Shown one piece after another: positions 1 to 14,128 of a DNA stretch of 64,000 nt (position 1 is its first letter; the number at the start of each line of letters is the position of its first letter). The notes below the pieces were generated by a model. The model made no database searches. It was not told the DNA's origin and saw only the letters and a list, made by a program, of their open reading frames with translations. The translations under genes were made by a program, and so were the position numbers. The DNA comes from the human T2T-CHM13v2.0 reference genome, Homo sapiens, in NCBI RefSeq assembly GCF_009914755.1, contig NC_060934.1, one strand, 5' to 3'.

Positions 1-2644
1 TTTTTCAGACTTTGCAGAAGAGAAACTAGGATCACATATACGGTGACTTGTTCAAGACTATTCTGTAGGTTCCTAATAGAAATATCCTTTGTATTCTGCA
101 GCTCTTTCTCCCCCACACTGTGCTTCTTTTCATGAATACCAAAATTAAATCAAAGTTGAAACATTAACCAGAGAAAAGCTTTTATTGTTGCTTTTTCCCT
201 TTTCTGAAAAGAAATCTAATAGCCACAGTGAAGATGTAACCATCGCGATAACTTAGCGTGTTTGACAGGCCCTCCCTACCTCTTCTCAGTTGTTAGAAAG
301 GATGCCCACCCAGATTTTTTTTTCATTCATGAAAGACTGTCTAGTGGAAGTTGGAAAAATAAAGTGGGGTCATGAATTTGTTTATAAAGGCTATTTAATT
401 ATAAGATAAATTAAAAATTGCCTAGGATTTTTAATGTGGGTGGCTGGTCTTTGATGAATGTTGTCTTTGCAAATATTCCCAATGATAGTAGTAGAAGCGA
501 GTGTGGATGCCACCATCGCATTTATGTTGTGAATGGGATCTTCTTGACACCCATGTTTTCACAGAGTATTGCAGATTCTTTCTGCAGGAAAAAGGGTGGG
601 AAAAGCCTGAGCTACAGCACTGCTAATGTTAGCACTTCTTTATATAGACAGATCCTGCTAAACCTGCACATTTTTAAGTCCTGTATTTGCTATGACAATA
701 ACATTTTTCCTCCCATCATAGAATTCACCTTATTAGGCAAAAGCTGCATGGTGCACACCTCCAGAGTTTTATTTTAAAGCTTTGCTACTGTATTAGTGGC
801 AAAGATCACTGTAAAGGAAAACAGAGGATTCTAGTAAGAGAATGTAGGTGAACCAGAATGGTTGATGAAAATACTGCCAGAGCAAGTGTGATTCTGTTTC
901 TTCTTCTTTTTCTTTTTTCTTCTTTTTTAATGGAACCAGTTTGTAATGTCACTGCTCTGATTCAAACAATTGTATATGTAGCCCATGCTCAGGGAGAAAA
1001 ATCTATGAGGTCCAAGACAGAAAAGTCAGCTTACATTTTGCACTCAAAGATTGTCCATGCTATAGTTATCTGCCCATGAAAGGCTATTTGTAAACAGAAT
1101 AAATCATTCTTTATGCTATTGGCCCTAAACTTCTCATGATTTTCTGAATATTCTAGACTAAAAGATGCTGCACTTTCATGTCTCTGTGCTCCCCGCTCCT
1201 CCACTAGAATTCTGTCTCCCTCCCCTACTCTTTTTCCTCTGCTGCTTCTGCCTTTTGAACTATTATTTGTACTTTAAAGCACAACTCAAGTGTCATCTGT
1301 AGCCTCTTCTGTTGACATTTCCCCCTACTTCACCTTTGGTCAACTCCTGTATCTTGAACATGTGTCTCTAATTCTGCTTTTTACTATAAACTTTAAATAA
1401 ATGCTTTCTTTCCCAAGTAAATTTATTTGACTCTTTTCATCCTCTATTTCTAGCCAGCCATGGGCAATTGCCTGACTCCCATTGCACCATATACATACCT
1501 CTATCGCTGAACTATTGGTTTATAATTGGGAATTTTTCTAGGCACATCTATCCTCTCTATTAGGCTATACATCCCTTAAATGTGTAGGAGCTCTTATTTT
1601 TATTCCCATTGTGCTGTTAGCACCTAGCATGTGGTGGACTCTCCGTAAGTGGTTGTTAAGGGAAGAGATTGTTTTAATAACTGTGGTGGCCCAGGATGTA
1701 GTACAGTGGCTGGAAATGGCAGGAGCTAGATAAATATTTTCTGACTTCAATTAGCCTGCTTTCTATTAGAATGGCACTTAGCAAGAAGTGTAATGGGTAT
1801 AGACATACATGGCAGCAGGTGAGAAATGAGAGGAAGGTCTTTCAGTCATTGCAAGTAGGCAAGTAGATTTTTAGGCTTAGCAGTCTCTTTCTGAGGTCTG
1901 TTGAAGGAACCTAAACCCTTTGGATTAAAGGAAATCTGTTATAAATGTCTATGACCAAGGAAGTAGTATTGATTGGTTTAAGATTGCTTAACTTCCCTGA
2001 GAGGGAAAGCAGCTTCTGTCTTGGCTCATTTGCCTTCTGTTGGAAATACCACTCTCTCATCAAGGGTGACTCGATTAGGAGACATGGAACAACAACTGAG
2101 GAGGCTGCACACCCTTCTCTGAAATCTTTTGGCAGAATCTCTCTACCTGCCAGCTCAGTGTCAATGACGGACATTCAGTTAAGGCAACTCTTATTGATTT
2201 TCATCTGTAAAATCCTTTTTCTCCACCTTTCAGAAACTATTGACGAGAATAAAACATCAAGCCTTATATGTTATGCTTTACATGGGAAATTGATGTTAGT
2301 GGTCATATCCCATAGTCATTAGGGTTCTTTTTCCCATTTCATAGTCTTTCACTACAACTTTAATGAGAAAAAAAATTTCTATATAATTCCTCCTTTGATA
2401 TATTATAGCCCTAAGAGAGCTTTGTCTAAGCCCAGCATTCAATCTAGAAGTTACCTAAATGACTATAAAATGAAATACTTTAAAAACTCTTGAAATATGC
2501 TTTAATATTTGGAAATAAAATATAACCCATGCTGTTTATAAGGCATTTTGGTAAATGCTAAGTTTTCATTACTGTTCAATACATTTTATTTTACATATTA
2601 GGGATTTCTAGATTTTTTTTTAAGTTACAAAACTTTTAAAAGGT

Positions 2645-3177
2645 TATTTATCCATTGTTTCATAATAAATTACGCCAAAACTTAGTGGCTTAAAACAGCC
2701 ATAACCATTTCTTATTTTTCATGGTTTCTTTAGGTCGGGAATTTGTGAAATGCTCAGCTGAGGGGGTCATGAGATTGTAGTCAGGTGCTGGCTGGAGCAA
2801 TAGTTACTTGAGTCTTGACTGAGACTGGAGGATCTATTTCCAAGGTAGCTCACTCATGTGGCAAATAGGTGCTGTTGGCAGAGGGTCTCATTTCCCTCCA
2901 TGGAGGCCTCTTATTCAGAGAGAGCAATCCAAGATACCAAGGCAATGCCTTTTATGACCTAGCCTCAAAAGTCACACACTATGACTTTTGCCATATTCTA
3001 CTGATTGAAGCAATTACAAATGTTCACTCAGGTTAGGGGATAGGAGTAGACAGACACACCTCTCAAGTGTCAAGGAATGACAGGGTCTAAAGGAATGTCA
3101 GTGTTCCATGCAATAAGACCAGGCAGTCTGGAATATATACTGGTGAATCTGTCTTTAGAAAATATAGTCTGCTACAA
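2645..3177 (-). mobile_element. MaLR solo LTR, MLT1 family (old)
   Basis: Starts tatttatccattgtttcataataaattacgccaaaacttagtggcttaaaacagcc, the reverse complement of an MLT1 3' end; internal tgccttttatgacctagcctcaaaagtcacac motif. Confidence 0.75.
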
Positions 3178-4097
3178 CTGGCAAAGGAGAAACTGAAAAC
3201 TATAATTCTGGGGACTAAATAGTAAACAAGATATGTCCACTGTTTTCAGAGAGCTTGTAGTATAATAGAAAGAGAAGAGACAAGGAGGAGGCTGATAGTC
3301 ATTTTACAGGTTATAACCAGAAGAAGATAATCACCTGGGAGTCCAGATGGAAGATTACTGGATGGGAGAGTTAAAATTTACTTTGGCCTTTAAAGCCTAA
3401 GTTAGCTAATTTGGAATACTGTCATAGACTCTTGTTCACTATGGATGTGGGTCTTTAACTGTGTTACCATAATGCTGTAAAATATGCAATTTTTGCAAAT
3501 ATTATTTAAAAGGACAGCTTTAAGAATCAAGTTTTCCTTTAGTTTAAAACCTCCATCTTAGTTTTATAAATAAAACGTTATTTATTGGGGGGGGGGTGTG
3601 GATTTTGTAGATTTTTCCTGCATGTGAAGGTGTGACTTAAGTTTTAGAAGTCTAATTTAGATCTGTTGAAATGACTATAAATTTATATGGATTATTGCCT
3701 AAAATTTCAGTTGATATTGGAAAGTGGCCAGGATACTTTATTAATGGTTTTAGAAGATTATGCATGTTTCTTTTTAAAATGACTAAAGGGTTCATCTGAA
3801 ATTAGTTCTTATACCATTATTCTAAGCCTATTTTTTCCTGCAAATAAAATCCTTTTGAAGACTAACTGTATTCTAGTGAAGACAATACATATTATAATTA
3901 TTTAAGTTAAAATTTTAGTTAAAGGTAGCCTTAGAATTGAAAAGTTTTATGGTTAGACCTCTTTAGCCACTTTAATAGTCCTCACTAAAAAGCACTGCTT
4001 CCTCTGATGGATGGGAAAACAAACTAGAGATACATAGATTACCTGTATTCTCAGAGGCCATGTAGCCAGCTCAGCTTGGGTTACTTGGCCAGTCATT

Positions 4098-4126
4098 TGT
4101 GTGTGTGTGCGTGTGTGTGTGTGTGT
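4098..4126. repeat. (TG)n microsatellite
   Basis: Direct reading; one interruption. Confidence 0.95.
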
Positions 4127-6776
4127 ATACAGGGTCCATTATTATTATTAACAGTCATATATGTAAATGAACTATGACTTTACTAATTTTATTGAATTCA
4201 GATTTATTTAAAAGAAAAATAGGCCTCATTTTATTTTTAAAGAAATGAAACATCTTTACCAGTAAAAAAAAGGGAGTACTTGGTTTCTGCCATCATGGCT
4301 GACTATGTTTTAGCATTAGGAGTGAGACTTTCCTTGCTGTAAATAATCATATGGCTCAATTAGAACTTGAGAGAAAAAAGATGAATGGCATAAAGTATGA
4401 GGCAGGTGTGTAAAAAGCAAGGAGGGGAGGAATGAATACACCAAAAGACCAGATGGGAAAAGAACTCTACTTTTGATGATCAAAATAATTTATAGAACTA
4501 GTTCTTTAATGCAGATATGTCAGACTGGTATTAAATTCTGGGCCAGAGAGCTAGCCTGGAATTTCCAAGATACAGAGTAAACTCTAACTTTCAGAATTCT
4601 GCTTCTCCCACTGAATGACAAGGGTATTTTTAAGTCTTCAGAAAATTGCTCAGGGGTTTCTGGGGTATCCTGATGGAAATACTACAACCCCCATAATGAG
4701 GGAAAATGTTAGTTGAGAATTATGGTAGTTTTATTAAAGCTAATTAGATCGTTGACACTTTCCAAGATGTCTTTTGGAACACTGCTTTTCATAAATTTGA
4801 GCTGTAGGGGCACCAGCTATAGGAGGTGTTAAGGAATCCATGAATGCACCTGCTGATACTGGAGATGTATGAATTCACTGTTACATTATGCAGCATCAGG
4901 CCTGGGAAGCAGAAATCTGATCTCAATTTTGCCTGCCTTCTGTGTTTATGACCTTGTACAGGTAAACTTATGCACATAGGGGCTTTCTAATTCTAACAAA
5001 GAAGTTATAAAAGACATCAGCCTCCAGCATATAAACTGTTCAGTCATTTTAAGTGAATTCAACTGATATAAGGGGAATGTTGGAGTAGAAGCAGAATTTG
5101 TTTTCAAGTTCTAGCTCTGCCTCTTGTTAAACTCCATTATTTCAGGACAAATAATTTAAATGTTCTGATTTTCAGTTTACTTACTTGGCAATTCAGATAG
5201 TGATAGCTGCCTTATCAATATCATAGGCTAGTGAGAGGGTGAAATAAAGATATAAATAAGAGATTATTTCTGAGCTGTAAAATTCCCTGCAGAGTACATA
5301 ATTATTACTGTACTACCCACAGGCTTGTAACGCTTTTGTCTTTATAGTTATTTTTCCTATTTAGAGATGAATGCCATTGACCTTCCGCACACTTTAAGTT
5401 GTTTCCTTTAGTAGTAGGTGGTTGAGCCATCCACATACTCTTGCTTGGTCCTCTTGTTTTAGAGCAGGCAACACATTTCATGATAAGCTATGGCCATAGA
5501 GGTGAGATTTGTCTCTGAACAAGTCAATTTGCTATGTCATCAAACCATGGTCTAGCAAAATAACCAACCACTCAGGCATTTTTCACTCTAAGAAACTAGT
5601 GAAGAGCAGATTATGGCTCATTTAAAATATTGAGTAAATGAAGTTAAGGAAAATGTGTCATTGGAGCTATAGTATATTTAAGGGCACTTATCAGTATTCT
5701 CAGCTCCAGTAAAAAGGAATAGTCTTTTAAATAATATAATAAATAAATACAATTCTGGCGTGTCTTATTGCTGGAAATGTATAGACAATTTTTTGGTATA
5801 TGATGTCCAAGACAAAAGACTCCCCAAACAAGGTTTTAACCTCCACAGGTGCCACTGCCACCACTAACGTCACTGCCATCCTCATTAGCATTTATTTAGC
5901 CCATGCTACATGGCATGAACCGCTATACAGACTTTCCCTATATTATCTCATTAAACCTTGTTTAACAGTATAGGTACCATGATTATACTCGCTTGGCATT
6001 TGTAATTGTTGTTTTGCTCTACTCTATCTTTGTACCAAGTACAACTTAATTGACACCCACATAAGAGAAAACCCTATCCAACTTAAATTAGTAAAATATT
6101 GGCTGAGAATTGCTCCAGCCTCTGAGTCATGGTCTACGTAATTCATTAAATTACTAGTAAGATGTTTTTGAAATCTTGTTCATGAAATTATTGAGAGCTC
6201 TCAGGTCCATGGTGAAAAATTTAAGAGGTTTTTTCTTCTTAGCATCTCTGAATTAGGAGTAGTTAACAGTTATCTAGGTTAAACCTATCTCATGCATGAT
6301 AATGATCATACAGTTACTTCTGAAATGCCAAATTATTACCTATTAGCCACTGCTTGTTCTTATTAAGGCAGAATCTCTGATGTAAGTCATTCTAGGAACA
6401 GAAGTGCAAGCAGAAACACTGCATATTATTATTACCTATGTTGGATTTTTAGTGGTAACAATCACCTTCAAAACTTATTTTTATATGATTTCATTAATTC
6501 TAATCAATCTATTGAAATTGCATTAATTGATTTCTAGTTTTGCCTCAAATTTTCTTGTAAGCTAGATATTTTTCTGGAAACAGCATTATTTAGAAATCTT
6601 AGATCTGTTTTAACAAGTTCATAAGTTTACATGGTCACTTTTCTGTTTCTATAGCAAGAGTAAGTTATTAAAAAAACTGAAATAAAAATTAAGTATAAGG
6701 GTTACATAATTGTGAAGTGGATTTACATTTTGGACATCTAGTCCTTAATTGGCATGCAACTGAAAGGTAGACAAGA

Positions 6777-6912
6777 TTTTTTTTTGCTTTTGTTTGTTTT
6801 TGAGACAGGGTCTCACTCTGTTGCTCAAGCTGGAGTACAGTGGCATGATCATAGCTCTTCCCAGCCTTGATCTCCTGGGCTCAAGGGATCCTCCAGTCTC
6901 AGCCTCCTAAGT
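6777..6912 (-). mobile_element. Old Alu monomer fragment (AluJ right arm or FRAM/FLAM-like)
   Basis: T-rich tail followed by tgagacagggtctcactctgttgctcaagctggagtacagtggcatgatcatagctc...gggctcaagggatcctcc. Confidence 0.85.
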
Positions 6913-7274
6913 TAGACTAGATATTTAAGACATGGAGCCATATAAAAATATTAAAGTTTTCTATGTGTTCATAAAAGTGTATGACTTTTCCAGGAAAACC
7001 AAATTTTCTTTAATATGCATCATGGCTTCTTTTTAAACTTTTATGTGAGTCTTCTTTTTTTTTGGATAGTAAATGTAAATATATATTCATTAAATTTTTA
7101 GAAAAACATAATGCCATAGTATCCTTTAATATATTGTTGATTAAGGAAATTATAAAAAGGTCATTGATTTTGACAATATTGACCACCATTTATTCCATAA
7201 TACTAACACCTAGCATTATATAAAAGTGGCTTTGATTTTAAATTATACTTTTAAGGAAAAACATTGAAACTGTA

Positions 7275-7560
7275 TTTTTTTTATTTATTTATTATACTTT
7301 AAGTTCTGAGATACATGTACAGAACGTGCAGGTTTTTTACAGAGGTATACACTTGCCATGTTGGTTTGCTGCACCCATCAACCCATCGTCTACGTTAGGT
7401 ATTTCTCCTAATGCTATCCCTCCCCTAGCCCCCAACCCCTCAACAGGCCCTGGTGTGTGACGTTTCCTTCCCTGTGTCCATGTGTTCTCATTGTTCAACT
7501 CCCACTTATGAGCGAGAACATGTGGTGTTTGGTTTTCTGTTCCTGTGTTAGTTTGCTGAG
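7275..7560 (-). mobile_element. L1PA (about L1PA7/8) 3' end, 5'-truncated
   Basis: poly-T then attatactttaagttctgagatacatgt...tcccctagcccccaacccc...gttcaactcccacttatgagcgagaacatg, the reverse complement of the L1PA 3'UTR. Confidence 0.93.
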
Positions 7561-7654
7561 CCTTCTTTTAAGGCCAAGCTTTATGTAGTGTTACGATCAG
7601 CTTAGAACAAGGAATTCATTTTGAAACAGCAAATCATTCTCTGTCCTAGTCACC

Positions 7655-7810
7655 TTCCAGAATTACCTGTAGTGCCTTTTCAAAATACAGATGCCCTGCC
7701 CCAAACCCTTTAGAGTTTGATTCAAAAGATGCTACATGAATCTCAGATGTTCTTATTTTTTAAATGTCCTTATATGAATCTAATGTATAATCAGCAATGA
7801 CAATCATTGA
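7655..7810. mobile_element. MER5-like hAT-Charlie MITE (degenerate)
   Basis: agaattacctgtagtgccttttcaaaatacagatgccctgccccaaaccc...gaatctaatgtataatcagcaatgacaatcattga. Confidence 0.6.
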
Positions 7811-9689
7811 ATATTTTTAAGAGACTGAAAAATAAAGTCTTCCAGAGGGGAGTACAATCCTAGTCAAAAAAAAAAAAAAATTCTCGCACTCCATCAAAAG
7901 TAGATTGAGTAAAAAAAATTTTTGGAGACTCTGTATTGATAAGCATGCCCCCTTCAGACTGGCTGCCCAGTATATTACACTGCTTTTACAACTTTCTTTT
8001 CATCTCTCACGGAATCTACCTATGTATATACTTTGATATTGCGAGGAGAAGATTGTGAATATCAGCTGATTCATTTCTTTGCCGAACTAAATCAAATATA
8101 GAGAGAAGGAAAAATGCAAGTATGTGGATGTAAAAAGGAACAAGAAGGGGGAAGTGAAATAGGTAAAATTAAATAGAGGTGTCAAATAATACCAGGAAGC
8201 CTCCCAGGGGACTTAGTGACTTCAGTTTATGTATTATCTTGTTATTGGTTAACTACGGCTGCTGTTTATTAATTCAGATCATCATTAGAGACACGTATTG
8301 TTGTCCTACTGCTAGACAGCTTAAGGTGATGGTGGTAGGAGTCGTGAGTCTTTTCACCATGACTCTGCCACCCTGCACTACTTTAAGAAAAGTCAAAGCA
8401 TGTGAACCCTGTGGTACCCATTAGTCAGTCCATGTGGAGCTCTCTGCCCTTCTCTGCCCTGACCACGTCAACGTAAGGTTTTTTGCATGCACAAAGGCAA
8501 AGTACTTTTAATTGAAAAGTTTCTTATTTCTTTAGAGTGAGAATGTGCATACTAAATAATAATCAAAATAAGTCAAATAGCTTTGTTCTGTACAAATGGA
8601 AATTTGAGAAGAAGACCTCTTAGAAAATGCTAAACCAAAAAAGGTGCATTTGATTTGAATAATGACAGAGAAACACTGACCTCTCTTTTCCTGGGCTGAA
8701 CTAAAAACTGGCAGGACATGCTCAGCCTTCTTAGCACAAGAATTAGATTAAAGTCACTGCAGTTTTTTATTAGATGGCTAAGGGGAAAATATCATCCACG
8801 CTAAATCTCACTCTTAGCTGGTTTCTCTATATTTTAGTCCATTTACTTGAAACTGGATCTTCACTCTATCCACTCTATGGTTAGCTTTTTGTAAGTGACC
8901 ATTCATTTAGCCTGTCTGCTGTCTTAGGATGGGCTCTTCAGCAGTCAGGCAAATGGGAGGAGCCATTTGATCACTACTTGTCTTTTATATACAAATATCT
9001 GGTTTGGGCACACAATATCCTTCAGAGATATGACATCACAAAAGGCTATTGACAATAACCTTCATGAAATGAGATCTTTGCCAAGTTGTGGTATGTGCTT
9101 GACCGTTTCCAACATCCACTAAGATCCATATGTTTAATGCCATTGGCAATACATGCTTTTCATCACATCCACTTTCAAGCTGGCTGTGTAAATTGGAGAT
9201 AGGACTCCAACAATTACTTTAGAAATTGTTATATTAAAAATAAGAGGGAAAAACCTAAATTCCCTTTATAAGGAAAATACCTAGCCAAGCTCAAATGGAT
9301 GGATTTATATAAAAAAATTTCAGGAAAAACCTATAGATAGAAAAAAATAATAATTCTTTGGTGTAAATATCTGAGAAATGTTTCATTTATCTGGGTTGAA
9401 TTTGTAAAATAATTGCTCAGATAGACTCCCTGGAGTGGCTTTATCACGATTAGGAGTTTAGTTCTCAGCTTTACAGATTCAAGAAGTCAGTATTATCCAA
9501 GTTGATAAGGCTATGAAGTCTGACTCATGTGAACCAAATGCACAAGGGATTCAAATATAACCACGTAAACTCTATATAATAAGTAGAACAAATAATTACC
9601 ATTTACTGAGTGCCTACTTTAGTAACAGTTATAATGAAAGGTTCTTTTCCTGCTGGGATGTATATATTAGCACAGAAAATCAATTTGGA

Positions 9690-9846
9690 GCTGGACAGTG
9701 ATGAATTTAAGTCTCTACAGACCATTACTAGCTCTATAACTTTGGGTTTTCTTATCTGTCGGGTGACAGAATTAAGTCATAAAATTGATCTAATATGTGT
9801 AAATCACAAAGCACAGTATCTGGCACATGGTAGGCACACAGTAAAA
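9690..9846 (+). mobile_element. MIR SINE fragment
   Basis: tttcttatctgt...aaagcacagtatctggcacatggtaggcacacagtaaaatg, MIR core and tail. Confidence 0.6.
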
Positions 9847-10267
9847 TGCCTGTTGTCACTATCATCATCATCTTCTTCGTCTTGTTTTCACCACTCATCA
9901 TCATTAACAACATATCTAACAGATCCTATTCTGTCTGATTCAAAGCCCAATCTCTTTCCATACTGTCATCCTCCTGTAGGAGCTGGGTTGACTAACCAGC
10001 ACAATTTGCTCTAGAGGAAATCCTGCACAAGGAATCAAATTATAATCAGAAGGCAGTTAGTATAATGTCATGAGATAAGAGGAAATCAACTTAATAATCT
10101 TAAAGTTTGTGGTTTCCAACTCTGGGTGCTTGATACATCTGTCTCTACAGTGGAGCAGTCCTGCCATTCAGCCCCAATAAATTGGTTAATTTTGGGGGGC
10201 TGAATATTCTAATAATTTTAATTGTTTCTGTTTATTTCTAACAACATGTGGTGAAAGGATGCTGAAC

Positions 10268-10398
10268 ATCAGGATCACTGAGGAGCTTTTGTAGAAATGC
10301 AGAATCTCAGCCCAATCCCAGAGCTGGTAAATTAGAATCTGCATTTTAACCAGATTCCTAGGGGATTCAAATGTACAATCAAGTTTGAGAAACATCAT
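10268..10398. mobile_element. MER5A hAT-Charlie MITE
   Basis: gtagaaatgcagaatctcagccc...agaatctgcattttaaccagattcctaggggattc...aagtttgagaaacat. Confidence 0.85.
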
Positions 10399-13300
10399 TT
10401 TTGGGGGATATTCCTTAGTATCTCTCTTAAGTACCTAGTCTCATCCACTATATGCATATTCTTACTAGTTTCCCTTCAATAGAATAAACTTATCCCCAAG
10501 TAATCTTATTTCCAAGCTGCATAGCTTTGTACTAAATCTTTTTTTTCCTCTCCATCACTATACGAAAAAAAAAATTGCTGTGTAAAAGAGACTAAATAAA
10601 AAAAATTGTTTCCAGGTCTTTGTTTAAAAACGACTCTATCACTCAAGTTCTATATCTTGGCAGATGGCATCATTTATATTTAAGGGAAAAGATAGTTTTA
10701 TATTATTTGGTTCTACTTTTTAGAGTTTGCGTTTGCATGAGGTAATTTTTTTATTTTTGGTCATCTCTTTGAAGTCTCTCATTTTTTTCTCATTTTATTT
10801 CTCTGGTATAATTTCTCTGGTATGATTCCTCAATCACTGCTGCTGAAGGAAGTGCAATGTCACCCTGACACCAACCAACTGGAAACCTGGCAGTGCTTTT
10901 GGAAATTCTTTGTCTTTCAGTTTTTCCTAGTAGAACATGGAGTTCATCTGTGTTTGCAACCACTTATAAGTGGATATTAAAAAGCCACCAGTTCCTTCTT
11001 AAATCCACTTAGATTTTAAAGAGCATTCTATAATCAATGAGTTTGGTCTCCAAGAAAACAATGTTCCTGTCAAGACAAGCTTTAAAACTTTGGAAGCGTC
11101 TGATCAGCCCATACTTTATGGAGATAACTTCTCTATAACCTTTCAAGCTTCTACTTATTTACTCTTTTCTATAAATTAGTAGACCTGATAACATACCTAT
11201 CTGTAAATACAGTTATCTCCAGATTCTATCTCTCTGTTAAGTTAACATGGCAATCTGTTTAAACAAACTGGAGGTCCTTCTTGGCCTTCAAATTCATAGA
11301 ACTAAGACACACTATTTAAATGTTTGTGTGTATTTGTGTTATACATCCATATATATCCTTACTTATTTAGACAAGATTATAAAAAATCATTTCTCCAGCA
11401 TGTACATGAAAGCTTTCTTCAAAATTTCTTCATTTTTTTCATGTTCTGAATCAAGTCTCTCATTATTTTAACAGAAAATAGAAAGTAATTTTACCTCATT
11501 TTTCTAAGCCTTGTTGTTTAGAGAGGTAAAAACACATGTCTAAGTCTACCCTTCCGACCCCTCCGACCCCCTGCAAAAATTAATGACTAAACCAAGTGTT
11601 GTAATCCAGGTGTCTTGGGTTCTGAGCCATTGCACCATTAAATAACTCACATCATAGCAATTGGATGGGGAATTTTAAATTCATTAATTTATCATTTAAG
11701 AAAACCAGTGAGGGATTACCCATTTGTTTTACTAGGTTTTTCCTCTCTTTGAGCAGTTTCATTTAGAAACTAAGACTCTTTTTTTTCCATGTTGTCAGAA
11801 GAGCTAAAAAGAAAGTATTTTCAGCTCCACGGATTTCAACAGGGAGGCTTTTAACAGTTATGCTGCACGTATCCAATTAGCTTGTGAAATCTTATCTCTT
11901 CTACCAGTAAAAAGGGCTCAAAAAGAAAACATTGAAATTCCAAAAAGAGCAAGAGAGTGTTTTTGGCAACAGGGTAACTCAACTGAAAGAGAGCTTACTA
12001 GTTAAAAATGGTAATTTGGGCATTTTGTTTTCCTTTAAAGAGGTGTGTCGATATGCAGAAGTAGGAACCAAATGTGCGTATGTACAAATGCTGCTGAGGG
12101 AACATCTCTTATGATGCCCAGGGCTGGAATTTACTCCTTTTTTCTTTTTTCACACTTAACAACTAGCTCCATAAAAGGAATTAGACAAGAGTCTTTCTAG
12201 TGATAGATACTATGTTTTCCTTCTTGTTGCGTCTGTCCCCCTTATTTTTATACCTTTCATCCTTTTTAAAGTCCTTTGATTTGCTAATTTCTCTATTCCA
12301 TCTAAAGCAAGCAAAGACTGCTTATTTTTGGAGTAGAAGAACTTCAAAGTCTCTACCAATTTTGAGATGTAAATTGCTCTTCTGTGACCTAATATATGAT
12401 TAATACAGCACAACTACTAACACAGTGTTTTTTGGTCCAGTAGTAAATTGGTATTCTCTTAATCAGAAAATGTATTCCCTACGTAATAAAATAGATCTTT
12501 TCTGTTGACATTCAGAGCACTCAAAGATCCAGTCCTTAATTTACATTGCTTATTACACCTCAGCTTGACCCCTCTGCCCAGCCAAACCAGTCTACAAACT
12601 GTTTTACAGGGCTTCCCTCTCCTTTCTGATTATAGTGTTTTGCTGATTTTATTTCCTTTTGTAGAAATGTCCCAACTCCTCCTCTTCCCAAATCCTACCT
12701 GCTTTCCAGAAACCATCTCAGATACTAATTCCTAAGAACATCATAGAGCCAGAATATTTTCTTATGCAGTTTTATCTAATATTCCTAGCTACAAATAAAC
12801 TCTTTTATTTTTGCAATGTGAATATTACCCAAGGTATTTCCTTACCTATTGCAAGCCTAGATTTTTTAGGTTACTATGTTATTTGAAAAGCATGCAGTCT
12901 TCAGGTCTGACTACTTCATGATCGAAACATATTACACTTTTTTTCGTCTTCCTTGTAGAGGACTGTCAAGAATACAAGAAATTTTACAGCTTCTCTTGAC
13001 TTTTTAATAGCCATTCACCTAGTAGACAAGAACCTGCTATGGATGGAGCTTCATGGGATCAATATAAATTTCATATTCTGAAATTTAGTGTAAAAATGAA
13101 CTTTGTATTACCTCAGGTCATGGTCTATAGTCTTGTTCTTCTAGCATCTATACCTTTCAGCACTTCTCACACATTGGGTTTATATTCCTCCAAAATCTTA
13201 CATAGAAAAGGTGTTCAGAAAATGATAGCTGACCTAATTTAAAATTACAGAGTGACATGGGATGACAAAAGAGAGTGAAATGTTTAAAAGCTGAGTATTT

Positions 13301-13836
13301 ACTATGAACAATAGATTTACTCTGTTCTTTCTAGTGGATCAAGACTAAAGAGTACTAGAATGTAGGACATCTTCAGGAAGAAAACAATATGTATCAGAAA
13401 GCTACCCAATCAAAATCGTTTTGCCACACTGGAGAAATTGTGGACTAAACTGGCTTAACCAAATTTTCTTCATGGGAGCGTAGTGTCCTCAGTGATTTAT
13501 TCAAATCAACAACCATCAGGAAGTAGTCTCCAAGAATGAGGTATATGGATTGGAGAAATGAGAGTAAGAAGAAACGGAGAAAAGGAATGTACTGTTATTA
13601 AATTCTAGGTGAAGGAATCTCAGAGATTTCCTTCATCTTCATAACACCAGAAAAAAATCTTAGAAATGAGATAGTCTCTATGATTCTAAAAGTGAGATTA
13701 TATACCTGGAGATTTCGAAGCCCAAGGCTCGTGTTTCTTCAGCTGAAAATCACTGCCGTAATGCACAATAAATGCCTGCCAATAGGAGGCGCTCATAATC
13801 TTTTTTTTCATTAGAAGCGACTGTTTCTGAATGGAG

Positions 13837-14128
13837 TGTCTTATTCTGTTGGGCTTCTATAAGAAGAATACCATAGACTAGGTGGCTTATAAACAATAGA
13901 AATTCATTTTTCACAGTTGAGGAGACTTGGAAGTCCAAGATCAAGGCATTGACAGATTCAGTGTCTGGTGAAGGCCCACTTCCTTGTTCATAGGTGGCGC
14001 CTTGTCACTGTGTCCTCATATGGCAGGAGGGGTGAGGGAGGTCTCTGGGGCCTCTGTTATACCATCTCACTGGGAAGTAGGTTTCAACATATGAATTTGG
14101 AGGAGAAACAAACACTCAGCCTATAGTA
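13837..14128 (-). mobile_element. MaLR solo LTR, MLT1A-like, with internal deletion
   Basis: tgtcttattctgttgggcttctataagaagaataccatagactaggtggcttataaacaatagaaatt...ggaagtccaagatcaaggc...tttcaacatatgaatttgg. Confidence 0.85.

Noticed and set aside
418-777. 119-aa plus-strand ORF and a short minus-strand ORF MRWWHPHSLLLLSLGIFAK that looks like a signal peptide
   Set aside because: No recognisable family; the plus ORF starts at TTG, and the minus ORF is 36 aa with no good splice donor.
12940-13545. Plus-strand exon-like signals (acceptors at 12958 and 13334, donor gag|gtatat at 13540)
   Set aside because: Donors are weak or unpaired and no recognisable protein results; compatible with chance.
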